Assembly (NCBI GenBank): GCA_976551045.1
Contig: CDPCPM010000281.1
Span: 10,974,001-11,038,000, forward strand
Source: Glaucostegus cemiculus
Lineage: Eukaryota
Reading direction: 5' to 3'
Length of the DNA stretch: 64,000 nucleotides
Each line of letters begins with the position of its first letter. The stretch's first letter is position 1. The position numbers and the translations under genes were made by a program. The notes under the pieces were generated by a model. It saw only the letters and a program-made list of their open reading frames with translations, made no database searches and had not been told where the DNA came from. Positions 52,652-63,329 of the stretch are shown piece by piece.

Positions 52652-55600
52652 GTGTTCTTTCCCACAAAGCCACAATTACGCCAATTGACCTTCTTCTGAG
52701 CTCCGTCGTTCTGTGGCATTGTTTTCGAGCCAAGTGAATCCAGAGGGAAATTTTGGTATAGTCATATACATGCTAGAGGGTCAGCACCATCCCTAAAGTC
52801 TAATGTGAAATGGTCACACACCCTGTCTGCTTGGAGAGGATCTCTTAAAGACCAAATGCTGGATTTCACAGATCAACAAGAAAAAGCCTTCCCACTGCAT
52901 ATTCTGTTGCATTTAGAGCAAGGACTATCTAACAACTCTACACATGGGAAGATAATAGCAAAATATCAAGTGTCTAGTCATCAGTCTACAGTACAAACTT
53001 AGGGTTGATTTAGCAATCTCCTTCAGAATGACCCAAGGACAGTTATAGCAGGATATGGAATCAGGGGTTATGGAATGGTTTTTGGCTACAAGAGGAAAGC
53101 TTTATATCTAATCTAAACCGTCAGCAACCCAAGATTGCTAGCTCAAGAGGTTTAGAGAAGCTTTATTGTTTAACTGGGACTGAACCTAGCCTTGGGGCAT
53201 ATGTTCCAGGTGAGATTGGGGTGCTGCTTATGTTGAGGTGTTTGCTTTTCTAATCCCTGTGGATCACAGTCAAATCGCATATGATTTTCTAATAGAAAGC
53301 TTGAAGCCTACTCAGTTAAATCAGGATTAAATGATAAACCCTGATCCTGTATTTATCCAGTACTTGGTTGTGATAGGGGCAATTAGGAGATTCAGAGCAG
53401 GGTACAGACAATCCAGACAATGAACAAGTCTCTGAATGAATTTACCGATCACAAGATACTGCACCGCACCAGAAATGCTGCAGCTAATTTCCTAAAATAT
53501 GCTGGCAGGGTGATGTATTAACGTCAGGCTCCATGAATAGCTGCTCAATCAGATTACCCTCAGCCAATACACATGTCAATTGCTGTTCCAATAAACTAAA
53601 GAGCAATTTCCATTTCAATGTCTTTTGCTCAGGCAGCCAGCATTCCACACAACTTGGCCCTCCTAAGCAACAGCGTGGTGGTGGTGGGGAGGGTGTGGAA
53701 GGGGGAACCAGTCAGAAAATCTGACACCCTATAAAGTAACCAATGTTGTGCACCAGGAGGGAAGGCTTGAAATGAGAAAGTGGCAAGTTGACAATGGACA
53801 AAATCAGGAGGTGAAAACAGACCAAAGTTGAGAGTAGATTATGGTCTGCTGGATGGAAATGGGGCGTATCTGGTGGGTTTAAAACCTCCAATACATTTCT
53901 GGATTATTAAATATTTGATATCAGTAACAGTTCTTCATTTGGAAATAACTGCATGCATAGTACTCCATTCAAGTTACCAAGTAGCAGTGCTACAAGGCCA
54001 ATTAAGTCAGTTATTATTAAAATAAACAAGAGAAAGGCTTCACTGTGCCTTTGTCATCTGTCCTTACATTCGACACCTCGATGTCAAAGGTTCTGTTTGA
54101 TATGCCCATTAAGCACCTGAAGATTAAAAGATGCCATTATTCAAAGAAAGGGCTGGCACAATGACTTTTTATCTTTGTCAACTGACATTCTTCTTCCGGT
54201 CTCTTTATTTCCACCCTTAGCAAATTAGATTACAAGTGGAGTTATCAGTTAAAATAAATGCCCTGTAACTGCAGAGCTAATTTCTGCAGAAGGACTGGGT
54301 GTTCGAATGCTCATCTGTTGTAACTGAAGAGGTCATTAGCTGTGGTAAGTGGAATGGGCAGGGAGTGGGCACATTTAGGTTCTTTGTTTGATGGCACATT
54401 TTATAGCCAGTGATAAAATTCTTTCGTCTCCCTTCCAAGTACAGCAGGAGTGTGCTGAGCGACAGATGTGAGGCGCCATTCCATTAGAAGATTTTTGTTC
54501 ACAAAGATCACTGCATAAAGGGGAAAGATTGTGTTTTCACAAAAAAACTCCAAGATCCCCTTCCTTTTTCTGTCAAAGACTCAACATAGTTCAGATCATT
54601 GTTCCGCAGTCAGGAGGGAAGAGCTCATAGCAGATCATTCTGCTTTAGTTTTTATTCAATGTTGTACTCTCCAGAAAGCGACACCAAATTTAAAGAGTAC
54701 CGCTTCAACCACACGTCCAGTTTTACTATCACCATTCCTTTGATCACTCTCAACTGCTCATAATTCCCATGATGGAAACACAGAGATAACAAAACAATAA
54801 AACATATTACAAAAACTGCTCCATAACTTCAAAAGCTACATCACACAAGACTGGCAGCATCCCAACCAGCGACATTACCGAATGACTGCAGCACCAATTA
54901 CTTCATGTTTATTATTTGCTGCCAATGGAATTTAAATTATTGTTGACAGTTTTCCTCACTGCACAACACAGAATGATGCGCTGGTGTGCCTTTGATATTT
55001 CTGAGATTAACACCAGAGGTTGAGGATATTCATTAGGTGGGGGCAAACTGCTAGTGGGCTGGTCATTAATCAGTCCACCAGTGCCCACCCCACTGCAGGG
55101 AAGCGTACAACAGTCTGGGTATTCCAGCAGATTCCTTGCACTTGAATCTCAGCATTGTCACCTCCAGTAACCTGTTCCCCCACCCCCCTCCCCCATGAAA
55201 CAAAATTCTGGAGACCTTTAACAGCATTGGGCCTGCACACTGTATGTTACAAAGTGAAGGATTTAAAGTTGACAGCTTCAACAATTAAATCAGCAACATT
55301 GCTGTGGTATCATTCGTCACTGACTAGTTCTTTCTTCCTGAGGTATTCAACTTGCTATGTCTTGTTAACCATTTTCAGACTGGGAAAGTTTTGTATGCAG
55401 TCTACTTGCACCATTTGGGTCTCCAAGATAACCAAGCCTGCAGCAGTGATGCAGATCAAACCACAGCACATATAGTGGATGAATCTCAACCTGAGCCACA
55501 GGCTCTGGTTGCTACATCTGGATCACCATCCAATGCCACTGCCTGGCTTAGGACACATGCAAATAGTTACAAGATAAATAGGCCAATAAATAAATATGCT

Positions 55601-57544
55601 GCCTGAGTCAAATTCATTGTTGCCACCTTAGAGGTATTCATTGGGAAACAAGATAATTACCAAGAAATACAAATTATGTTAAGCACCTGGAGTAGTGAGG
55701 CATAACATAGGAAGTATCAGTACAGTTATATACACCAATACTTTGCACCAGATAGATTTGCATAACAGATTGCACAGAAGAATATGCACTGGAGGCTGAT
55801 AAACTGTGGGTATGTAAACTAGGAAAGTGCTGGAGGTAATATAAATATGGTTTAAAACAGTCTGAAGGACAAATGGAGCACTGTATCTATATCAGCAGGG
55901 TTTATATACTGTAGAAACAGAGGAAATTCTGCAGATGCTGGGATATGGAGCAATACACAAAAAGTGCTGGAGTGCATTTACATGAAGGGGCTATATACCT
56001 CAAGTTAAGTTGTGGATTTTAAATGCTTAGTTTCTAATAATTTGGCCAGTTTAAAAGGTTGCTGAATTTGCAGTGGTTAATGTAATCAGTGATAGGGACA
56101 TCACCAAAGGCTATAACGTAACCTTCAGTTTTCACACTGACGGTGTAATACCTGCTGGGTGTGGTTTCCATCACAGGTCATTGCAGAGGCAACTCTACTG
56201 AAGAGATTAAATGGCCTCTCCTGCTCCTAGCTTCTAATGTTGTTGAGCACTCACAGAACATACCAGTCCTTGAATTGTATCAACCACAGCAGATATATTT
56301 ACTCGACTTTCACAGAGGAGCAATGCAAGAGCAGGCACACAATCAACAGGGGCGACTGTGAATGACATGAAACATGACAGTCAACCACCGACAATGCATT
56401 ACTGGCAACAACGAAGGTCATCACCAGCTCCAACTGTTATATGGAAATTAATGACCCTGAAATAAGCCACTCTCATCTGCATTCAATCAGTAACTGAACC
56501 TGTTTCAGCGCTCAGTCACTTCAGTAGAGGTATGTAGCTACAGTCTTACAATACTCCATTTCCTTTGTCACTTTGATTGTATACATCAACATCTAGAGAA
56601 GACCTCAAAATAGAAAAGGTTAGTATTTCAAATAACTCACTGTGTATGCCATGCCCAGAAAATTATGCCCCTTGATATGGATCAAACAACTGTATTAAAA
56701 TAAAACCCACTGCATACTGCTCTTCCAAGAAAAAAATTGAACAACTGATTGTCGGTGAATCTAATTCACCAGCAAAGATCAGATGCAGCATTGCATACAA
56801 ATAAATAAGATCCTCCCTACAGCGTGAAAATACCATTGTTGTAGAAATCGGAAGGAACAAAAATGCCAGAGAATTCACCGGGTCAGGCAGCAGCTGTGCA
56901 GAGAAAGGTATTATATCAAGTTTACGACCTTTTGATGGAGCTATCAGAAATGTTGCAATGATAGGTTCTCGTCCTGCTATTTTAACTGCTTCTCTCTCTC
57001 TCTCCACTGATACAGCCCGATCTGCTGTTGTTTACATGGTTATAAATGTTAATGGGAATCTTATGTCCCAACATTGAGGGAAAGCGGAACAGTTTACACA
57101 AGACTGCAATACGAATGGAAGAACAGCTCATTTGTGCACTGGAGCCGCCAGGACATGAATCACTGCTGCAAGACAGACAGGTGCAGGCTACATCACCAGA
57201 CAGAACTTCCAACGGTGTCATCAATCAATGGAATTTTTCATTGGATAACTTTACAAATGTGGATTCTTTATTCTTCCTCAGAATAGAACACATTTGATTT
57301 GATCTGCTTCTGTACAGTGACCGCTTTTGCAAAATAAAATGATAGGCTAGACAATTTATTCCAAATGTCAGAATTTTATTTAGCAATAATCCATGGGTTA
57401 GTGGGGCATGTGGAGAATGAGCCTTCAACCTGTGTTTACCCACGTTTTTGTTTAAATTAGTTCACACATTCTACTCTGGATTGCTCCTCTCATGAAGCCA
57501 GCTGTGGCGGATTAACATCAAACCAATCAGCACTCTGTGATTCA

Positions 57545-58080
57545 GATAAGAGAATGGGGAGTAGGCCATTCAGCCCCTCAAACCTGCCCCACCATTCAAC
57601 GTGACTGAATTATCCCAAGCCTCATCTCTGCCTGGTCCCCAGTCCTTGATTCCTTAATCTTCCATAAATTTATCTACTTCCTTTTTTAAAAAAATATCCC
57701 CACTGACAAAGTCTTCACAACCATCTTGGATACAGAATTCCAGGAGTTCACCACCAACTACAAGAAGTGGTTCCAAGAGACCTCAATTCTAGAAGACCAC
57801 CCCCTGATCTTGTAACCATGTCCCTTTGTGGAAGATGCTCCCACTGGTGGAAACATCCACATCTACCCTGGTGCAGCCCCATATAACCAACTTGCATGTT
57901 GCAATGAAATCACCCGTAATTCTTCTAAATGCCAAAGAATTTAGTTAGTTGCTCATGACAGAGCACCTCCTGCATGGCTGGAGGGAACCCAGCAAATATC
58001 TTTTGGATGGCCTCCAACGTCAGTATGACTTGCCTTAAATAAGGGGACAAAACTGTGCTGGGAGTTTCTGTGAATAACAC
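57545..58080 (-). mobile_element. CR1 LINE 3' end
   Basis: ggagtaggccattcagcccctcaaacctgccccaccattcaa...agaattccaggagttcaccacc; same family as 1210-1950. Confidence 0.8.
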
Positions 58081-59021
58081 TAACAGCAGCAGATGTGTTG
58101 TAGCTCACTGCTTTCAGCAGCAGTTCCTGAACCACCTGTGCTGTTTGCTCACAACCCGAGCTGATGTTGGTGTTCACTGTCAGATGAGCACTTCTGTACT
58201 TCCCCATCCGTGCCACAGAGGGGAAATGTCCTCCCGGCCCCCTCCAATTCATTTGAGCATCGATGAAGATTTGAAGCAAGATCCCTTCATCAGTTGATCC
58301 TAATTGACCCCAGCTACATCCAGGCTGGTAGAACCCTTCAGCTCAACAGTTGCAGGCTTGATTCATTCAAGGATTTCATTTTAAAATTTACAAGACAGGG
58401 TTAAAAGGTCATTGCAGGTCTGATGGAATATTCATCATCTCCTGAGTAAAATGTATTCATTTTTTTCCAATTTGCACTGCCAACTCCCATCTCCTCTGGG
58501 CTTCATCACACATCCTACCAGTCACCCTCTCAGTCCACACATACACCCCCGATCGACCCTTTCCATGAGCAATGGAGGATACAGGCGGTACAAAACTAGA
58601 GGCGAAAAATAAGGGGGAGGACAGTGAAAACTAACGGAGGCAAAAGAGGGATGAGAAAATAAAGCATCGTGCTGCCAAGACAAGTGTGTGAGTGTCTTTT
58701 TGAGGTAATTAGCATTTATTATAATTATTAAGTCTCAGAAGCTGAAAGATAAAACTACGAGGTAAACAGTGTGAAGGTGTGTGTGCTGCAGGGGGCGGGG
58801 ACTTGCACTGGAGAGATGGAAATGCAATTCTGCTCATTTGTATGACAATCATGTCTAATTAGTTGATCCAAACCCACGGGGCAGGTCGCTTTCCACAGCA
58901 GAGGTGGAACGGCCGTTCCCACTGCCAGGATTCGGGGGATGGATGGATTACTAAACTCGGAAGAAATCCTGATTAAAATGCAGCACTGCCGAGCGGGTTC
59001 GGGCTGCAAGGACCAGAAGTC

Positions 59022-59045
59022 GAGAGAGAGAGAGAGAGAGAGAGA
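59022..59045. repeat. (GA)n microsatellite in the intron-1 part of the CpG island
   Basis: Direct read. Confidence 0.9.
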
Positions 59046-59616
59046 CTACTCAGTATTCATCCGGCGACTCGGATCAGGGACTAGAAGGATCAATCATACC
59101 TGGTCATCCTTCACCTGCTGCCCTGTAATCATTCCCAGAGAATCATCATTCCCAGGATATCATCCCAGCACACCGGGACTCCGCCCGGCACCGCTCCCCT
59201 CCCACAACACCCAGCTCCAAGAGAGCGATTCCAGGTGAAGCCCGCTTCCCTGGGGTAGTTCGGTCTCAGCGCTGAGCCGCAGGGATGCGGCTGAAGTTCG
59301 GCGCTGTCCTGTCTGATCCCCGTCTCCTCCCTCCCTCTTTCGGGCTAAGCACAGGCTCCGCACTGACGCCAGTGTCCGCAATGCCAGGCACAATTTGTAT
59401 CCGATATTCAGAGGCAAGAAAAAAAACCCGATTGCTTCCCCCCGTTTGACTGCAGCAGCTGATCTCTCTCTCTCTCCCTCCGTCCCTCCCTCCCTCCCGA
59501 GTCAACTGCACCACGCCATCTCTCCAGCCCCGTTACCCGACCGGGCTGTTGCATCTGCAGCCAAGGACCAACGTGCACGAATTCACCCCAATGCTCCTCC
59601 GGCTCTCGATACTCAC

Positions 59617-59646
59617 AGCCCGCAACTCCTGGGTGCGATCTTTCAT
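59617..59646 (-). CDS. stx1a: Syntaxin-1A coding exon 1 (MKDRTQELRA; Munc18-binding N-peptide)
   Basis: Minus strand reads ATGAAAGATCGCACCCAGGAGTTGCGGGCT|GTGAGT: a 30-nt phase-0 exon with a consensus donor, inside a CpG island. It matches the syntaxin-1 N-terminus MKDRTQELR. Confidence 0.96.
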
Positions 59647-59928
59647 CTCTCTGGTGTCCTGGAAGCTCGGCCGGCTCGGGGTTGGGAACGGCTCTGGGCG
59701 CGCACCGTGCACAGGAGGATGGCGATGCCGAGCTCTGCGGATTCTCTTCCCCCACTCACCGGGCGAAGGAGGCGGCTCCGAGGGCTGCCGGCTTCCGGCA
59801 AGGCGCATGTCGGGGCGGAGCCCGGCAAGGCTCACTTCATACACGGGGGAAAATAATGACAAAACATTCCTGACATCAAAAACTGACACAGGATTCTGCA
59901 ACTCGCAGGCATCTCACTCACAGAAGGC

Positions 59929-60530
59929 AGTGAAATTAACACACGGCGCTACAACATTAACAAATATTATGAAATTAACGATTAAATTCTGTGAAATTAA
60001 CACATGAAATTGTTGCAATTAACGCAATGCATGGTGAAACCAACACTGAATTTAAGTGATTTTTATTAAGTGAAATTAACACGACACATTGTGTAATTAA
60101 CAGTACAATTAACATGAGATATGGTGGAATTAAAGATTAAATTAACATAACGCACAATTATATTAACAGTGAAATTAACACAACTTTCAAATTTACAGTG
60201 CAATTAGCACAATACATGGCGGAATTAGTGAGATTAACAGAACGCAAGATTAAATTAACAGAAGCATTATCACTACACCTTGTGAAATTAATACCTGTGA
60301 AATTAACACAACCGTAGAAAACAAAAAAACGATGAATTTAAGTGTGACATTAGCAATGAAAGTGAATGTGAAATTAACACCACCATTTAACAATAAAGTT
60401 AACAACACTGATATAACATGTGAAATTACCACTTGGCGGAATTAACAGTCATTTTAGCACAACACATGGAGGAATTGACAGTAAAATTAACAACACCGTG
60501 AAATTTACACAACATGTAGTGACATTAAAC
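59929..60530. repeat. Cryptic AT-rich array of degenerate GTGAAATTAACA motifs
   Basis: Roughly 30 variants by eye (tgaaattaac, gtgtaattaac, ggaattaac, gtgacattaa, gtgaaatttac) with short variable spacers. Confidence 0.85.
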
Positions 60531-61399
60531 ATGGTTTAATTTGCTACATATCCTCGATGTAAAAATTGTGGGAGGTGCTTGAAGAAAAATCGGCAGAGAA
60601 GCACAAACCAGAAGTGACTGAGGGCTAGTCTGAGGGGAGAAACTGAGGAGATTCAAAGGACCATTTCTATTTAAGATTTAGGCGGGTGAAAGCTCGGAGG
60701 AGAAAAAACTAAAGGGGGATGAAAGGATTCTCGAAACTCCGCCCCCAAACAAAACAGGTGAAGCGGGGACTGAAAATAAGATGAATGAGTTTCTGCTGTG
60801 GATTTTCCTGGCAGAATACACTGCGGTTGTAGTGCATTGTCCAAGGGCAGGTGCGTGGCTCCAGATTGAGCTCAGCCTCCTCGGTGTGAATAGTTAACCC
60901 CCCCCCCGAAAGAATTGTATCACATGGTTTGAATTAATAGGAAGCTGGAACCTGGTGATGCTTGCATTTATGCAGGAGGTGATGCAGTTGAATTACACGT
61001 TGATGAGAAGGAGGAACATTGATGGGTAATTGTATTGGGGATAAGGAGAGGAGACAACATTGGAGACACACTCGCTCTGTTCATTTGGCCGAGAACAGCG
61101 AATCACGAGGCCGATTTCCTGAACTTCAATCCTCTGAGAAGACGGAGAATCCACGGTTTTGAATTCTATGGAGAAGTTAAGGAAGAACTTCAACACATCA
61201 AGCAGTGAAACTAACGTCCTGCAATGAGATCCATATGGACTATGACGAAAATAGTCAAACACCACGAAGTTATACAACGCGCAGGAAAGTAAAAATGAAA
61301 AAAACCAATATTGCCACAGGAAGTGTTACTGTAAAGTGTAAAATTAATGCAACAGCGAATTGAATATACAACAATATTCATGTGGTGGAATAGTAGATG

Positions 61400-61830
61400 A
61401 AATTAGTTGGGCGCGGCCAAAAGAACCTACTAAAACGACGATATTGTGGGAATTACAGATTCCATACGACCTGGCCTCGACTCAATGAGCCGGGTCGGCT
61501 GGCCCGCTCCTTCTCCGGACTCATTGCCGTCCATCTCACCTGCTCGCCGAGTCTTTGTCCTCCTCTCGACCACTCCCAGACTGTGCCCTCTCTCCGAACC
61601 CAGAACTCGGCTTTTCCTACAGGTGACTGGCGAACCAAACCCATCACACCCTGGGGTTGCAGCAATGAACTGCAGTGCACCGAGCGTTGTGTAGTGCGGG
61701 AACAAAAAAATGTTACCAAGGCAAAACAATCCACGGGCTTGGTTTAGTAAAAATATTTTCAAAAAAAACCGGAAGCGGAGTAGCTCACTTGGCCGCCCCT
61801 GCCCGCTCCGCGAGAAGATGACGGTTGACC
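61400..61830. promoter_or_regulatory. Second small CpG island, a candidate upstream or divergent promoter
   Basis: CpG-rich; ETS-like CCGGAAGCGG at ~61769; GC-box-like CCGCCCC at ~61793; two minus-strand donor consensus sites (CAG|GTGAGA at 61540, AA|GTGAGC at 61789). Confidence 0.6.
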
Positions 61831-61844
61831 TTTCCCCACCAGCA

Positions 61845-62160
61845 GCACCTCTCTTCATCAACCTGATCTCCTTTGATTCCCTTAATAGCTAAAGCATCTG
61901 TCCATCTCTTTCTTTAATACGCTGGGTCTTCACAGGCCAGAAGTGGAGGATTCCAAAGATTCCCTGCCCTTTGGGTGAAGAGATTGTTCCTCCTCTGTGC
62001 GCTGAATCACCAACCACATATTTTGAGACTTTGACCTCCTCCTCTATTCCAAGTGAAAGATTCTACATTTACCGCTCTCCAGGCCTTTGCCAATGAGATC
62101 ACTTCACATTTTTCTGAATCCTGGAGACCATAGGTCCAGTCTACTTAATGTCTCCTCCTA
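61845..62160 (-). mobile_element. CR1 LINE 3' fragment
   Basis: gattccaaagattccctgccctttgggtgaagag...ggtccagtctacttaatgtctcctccta. Confidence 0.65.
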
Positions 62161-62399
62161 TGACAGAGGTACATCAGATGAATCAACAAAGCTTGATTTA
62201 AATGTTTTTCATTAAAAGTATCATAAGGGTTAATGTGATTTCAGCTGCTTTCCCCTCAGGAAACAAATCTATCTATTGGCCTTTGCAAATTACCATGATT
62301 AATAAATGTAAAAATCAATTTTCCACCACTGTTTGCCTTCTCCATGACTCAGCTTCAACACTAAAGTTTATCTTGTAAGTTAGATGGAATCTTAACAAA

Positions 62400-62502
62400 G
62401 TCCGTCCTGATGAAAAGTCACTGATCTGAAACGTTATCTGTTTCTCTCTCCATGGCTGCTGCCTGAACTGCTGAGTAATTCCAGCAAATTCTCTTTATTT
62501 CA
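62400..62502 (+). mobile_element. Penelope-like terminus with a minimal hammerhead-ribozyme core
   Basis: CTGATGA-aaagtcactgatct-GAAAC-GTT at 62407-62435, followed by the PLE tail ctgcctgaactgctgagtaattccagc. Confidence 0.65.
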
Positions 62503-63329
62503 CTGTAGCATAAGAAATCATCGTAACACTATTTAATAAACACAATTGCAAGTGAATTTAGGCTTATACAAATTTAAATTAATATTACAGAAATAACTTT
62601 ACACTGAATAGTGACATTCATGCAGAAATATGTGAGGTTAATTAGCTCTTAATCAAATAACACAATGAAATAACATGGGTATTATCAACAGCATATTCAG
62701 TTTACTGAAGGTTGTACTTTTATTATAAATTCTAGTATTTTGATAGCCTGTTTTTATATAATTTGTATTTACCTTCCAAAAAACAAGCATATTAATCAAT
62801 TTGAAAAAATTCCATTCATCTTTTCCATCAGCCATTTGTTTGAAAGTTGGAAATGAAACCATAACCTTTCATCTTCAAAACAGCACTTACAGCACTAGTA
62901 TTACCATAAGAATTAACCAAAAAATCAATTTCAGGCATTGATCATGTCCAATCTTGAACAGTACCTTGACAGAGTAAACAGGTAACCTGCAGAAATAAAA
63001 ACAAGATACAAGCAAATTGGAATTGATAGCTTCTGTAATGTTCTCTGAATGTGCCAATGAGTTTCCTGGCCAATACAATTACATTTGAAGTCTAGTTAGG
63101 CAAATGTAGCTGCCAATCTGCACACAGTAACTCAGGAGCACATTTGACTTTGGGGAAAATGCTGCCTAAGTCTCCTTGTTCACATCCAAACAGCACCTTG
63201 CACTATATCACAGCCAAATGAACAACTTAAAAGTCTTAACTGAAAGATATCAGCTCAGCACACTGGCCATCCATTAGTGTACACGTTCATTCCCTCCAGC
63301 ACTAGAGTACAGGGGCTGCAGTGCAGACC

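Larger units (their letters stand above)
58890..59860 (-). promoter_or_regulatory. CpG island containing the stx1a promoter, 5' UTR and start of intron 1
   Basis: Sharp rise in GC and CpG density around exon 1 in an otherwise CpG-poor window; GC box GGGGCGGAG at ~59812-59820. Confidence 0.85.

Noticed and set aside
57046-57297. 83-aa ORF containing RMEEQLI..LEPPG
   Set aside because: Resembles a decayed Penelope GIY-YIG C-terminus beside a Penelope terminus; too weak to call and not a host exon.
59160-60007. Several 80-150 aa overlapping ORFs on both strands
   Set aside because: These are by-products of high GC in the CpG island. Only the MKDRTQELRA segment ending at a GT donor is a real exon.
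60250-60432. Hydrophobic, membrane-protein-like 60-aa ORF
   Set aside because: It is a translation of the AT-rich GTGAAATTAAC array.
59929-60530. CRISPR-like repeat-spacer appearance
   Set aside because: Repeats are ~11 nt and degenerate, spacers are irregular and related to one another, the context is vertebrate and there are no cas genes.
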